Source: Cyanophora paradoxa CCMP329 (taxonomy: Eukaryota > Plantae > Glaucophyta). From it: a DNA stretch of 64,000 nt. The DNA lies in contig QPMI01000226.1 in assembly GCA_004431415.1 (NCBI GenBank), positions 1 through 64,000 on the forward strand. Direction: 5' to 3'. Position numbers and translations under genes: made by a program. Of the stretch, positions 9,500-19,942 are shown one piece after another (position 1 is the first letter of the stretch; each line of letters opens with the position of its first letter). The notes under the pieces were generated by a model. That model had not been told where the DNA came from, did no database searches, and saw nothing but the letters and a program-made list of their open reading frames with translations.

Positions 9500-11680
9500 A
9501 CCTCCGCATTCGGGGCGCTGGAGCAGAACCCGAGATCCGCTCAGCCGCAGGTCGACGTCATCTGCTCGGGACTCAACACGGGGAAGACGCAGGCGCTGAT
9601 CGATGCGTACCTGGACCCGGCCCTTGCAGGCGGCTGGCGAGTGATCCTCGTGACTTGCCGCCGGGCCTTCTCCCGCGACCTCAAGCGTCGCATTGATGCT
9701 GCGGAGTTGTCAAAGGACGCCGTGCTTTACATGGACATCAAGAAGCCACCGGAGAGCTCAAAGGGATCGCATGGCAAGTGGGGCTTCCGCCATGAGGAGT
9801 GCAGGTGCGTCGTCATCACATGGGACTCGCTGCACAAGGTGCTCGAGGACTGGGAGGGCTGGTCGACGGCGCCGCTACTGGTCGTGCTGGACGAGCTCTC
9901 CTCCCTCACGAAGCACCTCACCTCGAGCGGCACCCTCGAGCCCACCGGCCTGCACCTAGGTATGCGGTCAGTGCCTCGAAACGCGCGCTGCGTGGGCCTA
10001 TGGCGCGGCGTGATGAAGGCATCGCGCATCGTGGCGATGGACGGCTTCGTTCGGTCGGTCGATCTCGCGTACCTGGCAGAGTCGGCGCAGGAGGTCGGGG
10101 CGCGCCTTGGGCTCCTGCACAACTCGCGCCGGACCTGCGACTGGAAGATGCGCGTGTCAGACAGCCCGGCGCACGTCGAGGCGGACATCATGGCGCTGTG
10201 CAGACCGGGGCGCTGCCGGGCGATGATCATTGCAGAGACGCCGGCCAAGGCGATCGAGATGCAGGAGAAGATTGCGAAGCAGGCGCTGGAGCAGCTCAGC
10301 CTGGGCGGCGCTCAGTACGTGACTCAGCTCGAGGCAGGGCCCGAGGACGGCAGCGGCGCACCGTTCACGATCGGGCTCATCGTTGGGCAGGCCAAGGAGA
10401 AGAGCGTGCGCTTCACGAACGACGGCCCAGTGCGCATCGTGTCGATCGATGTGTCTGAGGAGGGCGCGTACAAGGCCTGCGACGTGCTCATCGCAACTTC
10501 CGCGCTCGGGCAGGCGTGGACTTTTCGGACGCGCACTTTGACAAGGTCTACGGCGTGTTCCAGGCAGAGCCCGCGCAGCTGGAGGCGGACGACATCGTGC
10601 AGCTGCTGTTTCGAGTCAGAAGGCTGCGCAAACGCAGCACGCCCGACGGAGAGCACCTGCTCGTCGCCGTGCGCAAGAACCGGACGCCCTCGGTTGCGGT
10701 CGGCGCGGCGGCTGCGCACTGGCGTGAGAGCGACGACGACGAGAGCTCGGACGACATGCAGCGCTACCTGGACCTGAAGGCTAGCCACCGCGGGAGCCGC
10801 CGCGCCGGCATGCCCACTCGGCGCCTCGCAGTGGCAGCGCGCCTGCGGCTGATGTCGACCTGCGCGCTGATGAACGTGCAAGTCACGGAGGATCAAAACC
10901 CGAGCGGACCGAAGCAGGAGAAGGAGCAGCGGCTGCGCGAGATCAGGAGCGTGCTGGAGGCGGGCGCGCTGGAGCCCGTCGATCTGTGGAGCACGGTGCT
11001 GGCCTGGAGGCAGTCCCGCGAGTCTCTCGCTAAGCTGGACATCGAGAAGGTTGCTTCGCTTGCTCGCACGTCGATCGCCGCGTTCCTGGCCAAGGATCCG
11101 AGCGAGCTGACCGAAGGAGACGTCGCCTGGATGTGGGATTCGTTCTACTCCATCCCGCTCACTGCCGTGGTCACGCTGGTGCTGAAGCATGGCGCGGACG
11201 TTGCCGAGATCGTGCCTACTGCTGAGCGCCTCAAGGTATCGAAGGTCGTCGCGCTGTTCAAGAAACTCTTCGGCTGGCGGGGTATGGAAAGCTCGCGGGC
11301 GTGCTCTGTGGTCGGACGAAGCCTACGCGGCCCTGGCGTCGCCGGAGGGTCGGGAGGCGTACGCGGCTCTGCAGAGTCTGGACGAGCGCGCGCCCCGCTT
11401 CGATGCAGCGGACGGTGAGAAGAAGCGGCTCTCGCAGCAGTCTTGGCAAGTCATCAAGTACCTGCTGGAGAAGTACCTCGGAGTGAGACGCGCTTTCTCC
11501 GACGCGGACGGAGGGCAAATGGGCAGCCGAAAGCGACGCTACATCACGTGGGAGGAAGACATGCTCGACGACGCAGTAGAGCGCCAGGCTAAGCAGGCAA
11601 GGGCAGGCATGGCGCCAAGCTTCCCAGAGGTTTACAACGTTTTCTCCGACTGCTATGCTCTCATTCACAGGCGCGTGTGA
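9500..11680 (+). pseudogene. UL9/OBP-like helicase, copy C (whole helicase core and C-terminus, N-terminus missing)
   Basis: Walker A SGLNTGKT through to ...YALIHRRV*; frameshifts in G runs at ~10509 and ~11298. Confidence 0.85.
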
Positions 11681-11781
11681 TTGTCGGATGTCACAGTGTG
11701 GACTTCGCGAACGGGATGCGCGTGCCAGTGTGTAAATACGAACGTGCGAATTCAAGTGACGTCATGCATATGATCAATGAA

Positions 11782-12463
11782 TGTCTCGACCTTTTGAGAT
11801 ATTAATTTAAAGATCTGGGAGGGTCGGGACATTGCGAGGGCGGACGAGAGTGAGGGCATGCACTCTCTATGTGTCCCGACCTTTTCTGAACAACTCATGA
11901 TTGCCGTATCATCGATCTGCATTTACTCACTTCGTTCTCTGTCGCTTGCACATGCGCGGTGTGGGATTACTAATTAGATCTAGTCTCCCTAGCCCTCTGC
12001 GGCCGCCTTCCTGCCCCCTGCAAAGAGCAGCTCAACCAAATCCTGTGGGGTCTGATTCATTGCAGACTCGCCTTCCCCGCCTGGGCCTGAGCTACACCAA
12101 GCTACGGTGAGTCCGACCAAGAGACGTGTCCGGACCCTCCCTACTTTCTTTATAGATTATTGGAAAGGTCCGGACACTAGAGGAGGGAGGGCGTACATAA
12201 GTAGTCTGACCAAGAGACGTGTCCCGACCCTCCCAGATCTTTAAATTAATATCTGAGAGGGTCGAGACACTAGAGGAGGGCGTACATAAGTAGTCTGACC
12301 AAGAGACGTGTCCCGACCCTCCCAGATCTTTAAATTAATATCTGAGAGGGTCGAGACACTAGAGGAGGGCGTACATAAGTAGTCTGACCAAGAGACGTGT
12401 CCCGACCCTCCCAGATCTTTAAATTAATATCTGAGAGGGTCGGGACACTAGAGGAGGGCGTAC
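11782..12463. repeat. Ori-like region 2: single hairpin 11782-11831, variant hairpin 12126-12177, three 89-bp tandem units (hairpins at 12219, 12308, 12397)
   Basis: Same unit as region 1, with one fewer copy. Confidence 0.95.
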
Positions 12464-13104
12464 GACTTAAACTCGCGCAGCGCCGCCTGCTCCTCGCTGA
12501 GGTTCTCTGACTTCATTCGATCGCTGTAGGGCTCGGGCGGAGTTCCAGCCTTCACGTGCATCCAAAATAGATGTAAGCACTTCCTCATGAGCTCGATGTA
12601 CCTCTCGTCCCGTCTGACGTACCACGTTTGCACGCACAGAGGAGTGAAGCAAAAAAGTTCGGCCCACTCGCGGCCCGTGATGTCCAGAAGTCCTTGCAGT
12701 TGAGGCATATAATAGGTAGGAACTCTATCATAAAGTTCGCCCTTGTACGGGCATTTCACCTCTAAAATTCTATCATTTCCTATAAGTCCGTCGGGACTAC
12801 CGGCGAGGAACGGCATTTCTTTATGTTCGTGCAGTCCAGTATGTTTAATGTCAACGTTATCGTTCAGTGCCTTGTAGATAGAGACCGCGAGGGGCTCATA
12901 GTCATGCCCATAGGTTAGGGCAGGGTTGTCAAAGTTGTTTTCCTCCGCTATCCCGCTTAGCTCCGCCCACAGGCGGGCCCTGGATTTCCAGGGGTTTATG
13001 CCGCACGCAGCCGCAAAATTAGATGCAGTTAGTTTTTCACGGCGCGCCGCGTGCCACGCTGCGCTCCCCTGTTGCAAAGTCTCGCAATTTGTATCGGTAT
13101 GCAT
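12448..13104 (-). CDS. YqaJ-like viral recombinase / lambda exonuclease family protein, intact 218 aa
   Basis: QGSAAWHAARREKLTAS, YGHDYEPLA, FLAGSPDGLI, ILEVKCPY, YYMPQLQG are hallmark PD-(D/E)xK YqaJ motifs; intronless and lower GC than host genes. Confidence 0.92.
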   Translation of the reverse strand: MHTDTNCETLQQGSAAWHAARREKLTASNFAAACGINPWKSRARLWAELSGIAEENNFDNPALTYGHDYEPLAVSIYKALNDNVDIKHTGLHEHKEMPFLAGSPDGLIGNDRILEVKCPYKGELYDRVPTYYMPQLQGLLDITGREWAELFCFTPLCVQTWYVRRDERYIELMRKCLHLFWMHVKAGTPPEPYSDRMKSENLSEEQAALREFKSYALL

Positions 13105-13154
13105 AGCGTAGCCTCGCAGTAGCGTTTAGAATTTCTTGATGTGTGCAATTGCAA

Positions 13155-13817
13155 ATGTCGGATGCAGAGGAAGCGCCCAGGGACGTGATCGCACAGTTCA
13201 TAGATCAGGTCAAGGACCTTAGACGCTGGGTGGTTGAGCGGGCCTCGCGACCGAATCGACAGCGCCAACCCTGGCCGGTGCTAGAGCTGGCCCAGGCAGG
13301 GTGGCTCGATTCGCATCACAACGCTGGCGGTGCCCATTACTTTCGGAGCCACGACGAGGGCAGGATTATCGACGAGTTCAAGCGCATCTGGTTCGCCCTG
13401 GGCTCCAAGCTCAGCATACTCTCGACCCTCCCGGACCACATTCGCATGCAAATCCTCGAGTGGTACGCGAAGGCAAGGGACTCGCAATGGGACGACGTAA
13501 ATTTGCGCGACCTCTCGCGCTTGCGCTCGGCTGTGACGGCGTATGTCACAAACTATGATTATCACGTCAAAAAGCCCCAATTCGAAGTTGAGCCAATTCC
13601 GATGAATCTGGTACCCCTGGGATGGGAAGAGTACCCCGAGTACTCGTGGAACAGGGGCCTCAACCCCCGCGCCAGGCCCTGCCAGCCCGCCCGCCCCACC
13701 GATAAACGCCCCGCCCCGCGTGACGTCAGACGGGACATACGCGAATGGGAGGAGTGGAGCAACGACCCGAAGAACTGGCTACCCGGGAGGCGGAGATGCG
13801 GAAGCGCGCGAGGCTGA
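13155..13817 (+). CDS. Orphan intronless protein (~220 aa), divergent from YqaJ
   Basis: Open frame with normal amino-acid composition in lower-GC DNA; ATG 50 bp from the YqaJ start. Confidence 0.6.
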   Translation: MSDAEEAPRDVIAQFIDQVKDLRRWVVERASRPNRQRQPWPVLELAQAGWLDSHHNAGGAHYFRSHDEGRIIDEFKRIWFALGSKLSILSTLPDHIRMQILEWYAKARDSQWDDVNLRDLSRLRSAVTAYVTNYDYHVKKPQFEVEPIPMNLVPLGWEEYPEYSWNRGLNPRARPCQPARPTDKRPAPRDVRRDIREWEEWSNDPKNWLPGRRRCGSARG

Positions 13818-13881
13818 TGCCGGCGACAGGTACCCCGACCGCGAGTAGGGTACAGGTATAAATTCTCACCGAGCCGCGAGC

Positions 13882-14378
13882 ATGGCGCGAACACGCGAGT
13901 CCGACGTGCTGTACAACAACGGCGACCTGGACGGGGAGATTCGACAGCGGAACGTGGACTTGGAGGATGCGAACGCAGTGCTGGAGGGAGGCGCACGTCC
14001 TCAGGGGGCGGCTCGCCGGCGGAGAACTTCATGGAGCGCGTGCTCTACCTTGTGCGCTGGATTAGAGACGAATTCCACGACGAGCGAGAGCTCCCGGACA
14101 GGGAGATGATCAGGGCCGCGGGCTTGATGGGTATGACAGAGAACCCGAGATCGTACCTGAGGCGCGAACGCAGGGATCTGAACGGCGATTGGGCCGACCT
14201 GCAAGCGCTGTGGACGGCCTTTGCGAACCGCAAGAGCCAGATCCTTGCCCTGCCCGCGCAGGTACAGCAGCGTATCATTGATTTCGTAGCCCCTGGCGCG
14301 ACGAGTCCCTCCAGCAGCCATTCATGCAACCACGCTTCCTCTCCGGGCTCAGGAGCGCGTTCTTCCACTTGGCCGTGA
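13882..14378 (+). CDS. Orphan intronless helical protein, one apparent frameshift near 14010
   Basis: MARTRESDVLYNNGDL... and ...FMERVLYLVRWIRDEFHDE... in adjacent frames. Confidence 0.5.
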
Positions 14379-14960
14379 GCAGCGACCGGTATTTCACACC
14401 GCAGAGGATCGTTCACGGCGAATTCGGCATACCCCCGAGTGGCTGAATTTTGCCACCGTACCCCTTCCCCACCCCGCCTCGAAGGCCCCCCTCCCCTACC
14501 CCGAGCAGCGTGAGTCACTCAAGCGTCAGAGGGAGGTACGCGAATGGATGGACGACACCAGCCACTGGGTACAGGGCGAGGCCGAATTACGCAAGTTCGG
14601 AAGGTTCGGGCAGTAACAGCGGGGGGTACAGCATTCAGTTAGAGCCTGAGCATCGTTAGAGGCCGGGAGGCCCCCCGAGGGGTACACCGGCTGTTACTCC
14701 CCGCGTCGGTTAGTGCTAGCCCCCCTGTTAGTGCAGCGTGTACCTGATCGCAATATAACACCCAAACCTCCGCGACGCGTGACTCATGCAACCTCCGAGG
14801 GTTAACAATACATTGACAGCGAAGGGGCAAGCTCGAGAGCTCAACGCTTCACAAAGGCCCACAGATATAGTTAAGACGGCGCATTTCAGTCTTGCTGTAC
14901 CCGAGTCCCAGCGGAGCTATACCCGGCATTCTTCGGCCGACAGCAGTCGGGCCTCCAGCG

Positions 14961-17521
14961 ATGGCGGATGTGACGGAGAAGCTCGCGGATGCGAGCCTAG
15001 AGGATGACAAGGAGGTTGTCATCGGCCCGGACGGGAAGCCAATCAGTGCGCGTCGCCGTCGCTGCTGGCGCCCCGCCGACGCCGCTGGCGCCTCGCCGAC
15101 GCCGCCGGTCATCTGTATTGGCGTTCGACCGCTAACTGCGTGTTTCTGCGTGACAGGCAAGAGCGCCTTGAAGAAGCTCAAGAAGCAGCAGGAAGATAAG
15201 TCAAGCCGGTAGCGCGCGTGGCCGTCTCTGTCGTCCGCGTAAGCATTCGCGCTGACGAGGTCTCGGCATGTCGCGTTTCCCGTCCCTTCCGATTCGGCCT
15301 GCGCACCTGAGGCAAAGAAGGCTGCGAAGGCCGCCGAGCTCGAGCAGAAGCGAGTAAGCCGCTCGTTGGCGCGATGATCAGTGCGCGCACGCTGACAAAG
15401 CGCTCCCGTGCAGCTCGAGGAACAGAAACGCCGCCTGGAGGAAGCTGCGCACATCAAGATCGAGGAGGACAAGAGTCTCCCTCCAGCGACTCGGGTGCGG
15501 TCTAGGTATTAATGAGGAGAATCAGTTTCTCATCCCGCACTGTGGTTCGCGCAACAGATCAAGATTCGTGATTGCCCCAAGCATGAGGGCCAGCGCGTGA
15601 AGGTGTATGGGTGGGTGCATCGCTTGCGCCAGCAAGGGTCCAGCCTTGTCTTCATTGTCCTCCGTGATGGCACCGGGTTTCTGCAGTCTGTCCTCAACGG
15701 CAATATGGTTTGCGTCTTGCATTTTCACAAGATGCAGCGGTTCATCTTATCGCCTTACGGCCCAGGCTAAGACGAAGGAGGCGATTCTCCTCAATCGTGA
15801 GGCTTCAGTCTGCATCTACGGTAAGCTGGTCGTGGACCCCCGCGCCGAGGGCGGGCGCGAGCTTCAGGCAAGCGACTGCCCCCTTCCTTTCCTTTTATGC
15901 CCTTTTGATTCCTCAGCAGGCGGACTACTGGGAGCTCGTGGGCGCGTCGCCTTCTGAGGTGGAGAACATCCTGAATCAGGACTCCAACCCGGACGTGCTG
16001 CTGGACAACCGCCACATGGTTCTGCGCGGAACGAAAACCTCGGCGATTATGAAGCTGAGGTACTGTCTCTCTTTTCGCTCAAGAACCCAGTTGTTTGCTA
16101 AAGACGCGCAGGAGCATCATCACGCACGCGTTCCGCTGCCACTTCATCGAGAAGGGCTTCTTCGAGGTGACTTGCCCGACGCTGGTGCAGACCCAGGTCG
16201 AGGGCGGGTCTACTCTTTTCAAGCTCAACTACTATGGCGAGGAGGTAGGTTTCCCTCTCTCTTTTTTTTGGATGCAGTGATTTTAACCATCCCGCAGGCC
16301 TACCTCACCCAGTCTTCCCAGCTTTACCTGGAGACCGTTATTCCCTCCGTTGGCGATGTCTTTTGCATAGAGCCTTCTTACCGTGCGGAGAAGAGCCGCA
16401 CCCGTCGGTACGCGTGATGGGCTTACTGTCTTGCTTAGAGCCGACCAGCTCTTCAGGCATTTGTCTGAGTTCACACACCTGGAGGCCGAGATGCCGTTCA
16501 TCGAGTTCGAGGACCTGCTACACATTATTGAGGACATGGTCCGTTTTGGTTTCACCTTGGCACGGGGCTGTGTGGGCTGACTTCGCTCGTTCTCGCTCAC
16601 TGTCAGTGTGTTGACGTTTTCGAGCGTGTCATGCGCGAGAATGGTGAGCTCATGAAGTCCGTCAACCCGACCCCGCCCGTCGTGAAGAAGCCCTTCCGGT
16701 AGGCAGAACTCGCCTGCATTTCCAGTGCAAGCTTATCCTCTGGCAGGCGCATGGATTATGCCGACGCGATTAAGTTCTGCCGTGAGCACAACATCTACAA
16801 GGACGAGGAGTCCAAGACTCACTTCGAGTTCGGCGATGACATTCCGGAGCTGCCTGAGCGCCGTATGACTGACATGATTGGCGAGCCCATCCTCATGTGC
16901 CGCTTCCCTGCTGCCCTCAAGTCCTTCTACATGCAGAAGGTTCCTGGTTTCCAGTTTTTGCACTCGTTTGTCGTTTTCCTGAGATTGTTTCAGTGCAAGG
17001 ACAACCCACTGCTCACCGAGTCTGTTGACCTCCTCATGCCTGGCGTCGGAGAAATCGTTGGCGGGAGCATGCGTATGTGGGACAAGGATGAGCTTGCGGA
17101 GGGCTACAAGCGCGAGGGTATCGATTCCAAGCCCTACTACTGGTACACCGACCAGGTTCGACAAATGCCTTGACATTTGTCTTTTTTAAAGAAGTCGATA
17201 AAAGCCCATATCTGGCGTTCTTTGAATGGCACTTTCAAGGCCCCAAAGAATGTCTGGGGGTCTTCAGGCTTTCGCCTCTAGTCCTGAATTTTATGGGCAA
17301 CAATAATTGACCGCTTCTGTTAGGGGGTGAAGGGGCTTATTCTCCTCATCCCTAGTAGTAGACGGTCACATCTGACTTCCTGCCTGCAGCGTGTGTTCGG
17401 CACCTGCCCTCACGGTGGCTTTGGGCTCGGGATTGAGCGCTTCCTGGCCTGGATGCTTGGTCAGGACCACGTCCGCAATGTGTGCCTCTATCCTCGTTAC
17501 ATGGGGCGTTGCAAGCCGTAG
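14961..17521 (+). CDS. NARS1: Cytosolic asparaginyl-tRNA synthetase, multi-exon
   Basis: [103 protein letters not shown]...[10 protein letters not shown]. Confidence 0.97.
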
Positions 17522-18275
17522 GTCATACAGCCTAGCAAAAGATGCCTTGTTTTAAATTCAGTGTTCATTGGCAAATACTCATCCTATCTAGATAGGAGTG
17601 CTGCCCCTGCCGTCTGCAACGCGTCTGCCCCAACTAGGCTCACCGAGCCCCGTTCCGATCCGGATCCGATCCGATGATCCTTCAAATTTATATTTCCAGA
17701 TCGATATCTGGCAACTTGCAAGGCAACTTGCAACCTAGGCCTGCAAGGCTAAGGGCCCCGGCCCACGTGTCACAGTGTGCTAGACTCTCAGACATCGACC
17801 GATCGCGATAGACTCGAGACTAGAGAGCACACCGTACCCGGTGGAACCATCACGGCGTACGCGTGATTGCTCATGATCACAGATGCCATCATATATGCTG
17901 CTAGTTCACTGAGTCAACATCATGGCATCTGCATCTGTGCGCATGCATGCGATCTAGATCTACATATGATCAAATGCAGGCCCCAGGCGCCGGCCCGCGC
18001 CGCAGCGGGGGTTCTACTAGGCCCTGAGGGCTAACTTAGTAAGCTTAAGCTTAAGCTTGAATGAAAGATCATCATGGCATGACTCGATGAGGCACTACTA
18101 GGCTAGTACCGCGGGGCCGCCCGGGCCGTAGTTCAACGGTTCTGTAATTTGCTGGGACATCGCCTGCCGGGGGCGCCACAGTACTGTAGTACCAGTGCAT
18201 ACTTGCATACTTGCAGCTGATCTCGAGTTCCAAGGCTCGTGCAAGCATCTCAAAGTTCCAAGTGCCGGCAAATGC

Positions 18276-18560
18276 AGGTCTTTGATTATGATAAGGGGGC
18301 AGGTCTTTGATTATGATTAGGGGCCGGACATCTTTGATTCCGATTCCGATTAGAGGTTTGAACAACGGAGCCTAAGCCTTGAAGGTCGGACGTCTTTGAT
18401 GGCGATTAAGATTGGGGGTTGGACGACGGAGCCTACTAGGCTAGGTCGGACGTCTTTGATTGCGATTATGATTATAGAGGGTTGGACGGCGGAACTTGAT
18501 GCCGGACGTCTTTGATTGCGATGACGATTTTATGATTAGAGGGTTGGACGACTTTTGATT
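18276..18560. repeat. Degenerate minisatellite, core (GGAC)GTCTTTGATT
   Basis: About 6-7 copies of the tctttgat core with variable gatt-rich spacers and gggttggacg tails. Confidence 0.75.
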
Positions 18561-18679
18561 GCTGCTAGCAGAAAGATGATAATGCCGCATATTACTCTCC
18601 TTAGGGGCCACGCAGGGCCCGGCCGGCCAGCTCGCTGGTGCGCTGAGCCTGCGGTCGCGGCGGCCGCAGTATCACTTAA

Positions 18680-19724
18680 CTACAGCCCAATATCCTCCTT
18701 GGCCTGCGGAAGAACAGGAAAAGTAAGCTTCGAGTATGCCTAACATCAGCGGGGATCATATGCACCTTGGAGGTCCACCCCTTCTCCTGCAGGGCAAGCC
18801 GAAGATTCTTGATACGCTTGCGGTTGGCACCGAGGTCGCTCTTCCCCAGCCTGCTCGCGGACCTGTATCCAACCGTCCGGCCATCCGTCTCAAAAAAGAA
18901 CTGCGGCAAACATATATCAGCGCCCTTCGTCCGAGCCGTAGCGGCCGCGGCTTGTGGAAATCCGCGACGAGGCAGCGGTTGCGCATGCGCATGCGGGCCT
19001 TGTTTTAAAACAAAGATCTAGAGCGGCCACCCTCACGCCTTGAGACCCCAAGACCCAAGGCCACTCCTACAAGCCTACAAGGAGACCTCCACATCGTCGG
19101 TGTAGCCTACAAGAGGCGTTTCGAACTCAGCGTAGAGATATACACTCCCGTCCTTCCTGCGATCCTCTGCAACTACTGTGACCTGCAAAGAACGAAATTA
19201 AAGTCCTTCCCCCTTTATAGCAACCCCGATTTCGACCCCAAAAAACCAAGGACCACCTTCTCGCCGGATTTTCCAAATACGCTCTTGAGATCAGAAACGG
19301 CCTGAGATACGCTCTTTGCAGACGTTCCAGGCGTATTATATGTCCACGGATCTGGATGCGGTAAATACGTAGGCGCACCACTAGCGGCGCAAGGCTCACA
19401 AACGAAATTCGCTGGATCCCGCGCGTAGGTCGAAATGCAGTTCTCGCTGCCCGCGGGGCAAGTCTGAAGCTTGTTCCCGTAGACCCCGAGATCCTCGGGC
19501 CTCTTCCCCCTCGCAAGGCCGCTAATGCCCGGAATGGCTGCGAACGCGGCGAAGCTGAACATACGCCGGCCGGTCTTGAGCTTGCGCTCGGGCTCCGGCA
19601 CGCGCTCCGCCTCGCAGCGAGACAGAGGCCGAATGGGGGTCGGCGAGCATGTCGATCTGGAGATGCTTACCACGCGCGCCCCGCTGAAGACGCTCAAGCC
19701 GGCGAGAGGGACGAAGGATGTCAT
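18680..19724 (-). CDS. DUF1499 family protein, plastid/thylakoid-lumen targeted, 5 exons
   Basis: MTSFVP transit peptide, RR-hydrophobic Tat-like signal, CPAGSENCIST, YAEFETPLVGYTDDVE|FFF, YRSASRLGKSDLGANRKRI. Confidence 0.88.
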
Positions 19725-19942
19725 TTTTTTCTCTGTGGCTTGGGGTACAGGAAGGGGCCGGAAAAGTGAACCGTCGCGGCTGCCGCTGCCGCGCCTCTTT
19801 CAACGCTACAGCGATTCGAGATGAACTCATCTTTGTACCGGCGGCTCGTTGCATCAGCACTGCGGCAGCGCTTGGACCGATCAGCTGAGCTCAGCGCAGG
19901 CCGGCCAGGGAAGGGAAGAGTTTCGCCGCCGCGGGACCAGCT

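Larger units (their letters stand above)
1..14400. mobile_element. Rearranged endogenous virus-like/replicon locus (UL9-like helicase, YqaJ exonuclease, palindromic ori-like repeats, small membrane ORFs); left end outside window, right end approximate
   Basis: Mostly intronless, tightly packed ORFs of virus-associated families. Internal direct and inverted duplications with sharp junctions at 49/50, 6224/6225 and 9499/9500. Contrasts with the intron-rich host genes starting at 14961. Confidence 0.8.

Noticed and set aside
6700-11300. Programmed ribosomal frameshifting in the helicase
   Set aside because: Break positions differ between copies and are simple homopolymer deletions.
14400-14900. 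Terminal inverted repeat or target-site duplication of the viral element
   Set aside because: Only a short GTTAGTGC direct repeat is visible, and the other end of the element is outside the window, so it cannot be supported.
18676-18909. Independent small gene
   Set aside because: It is the penultimate exon of the DUF1499 gene.
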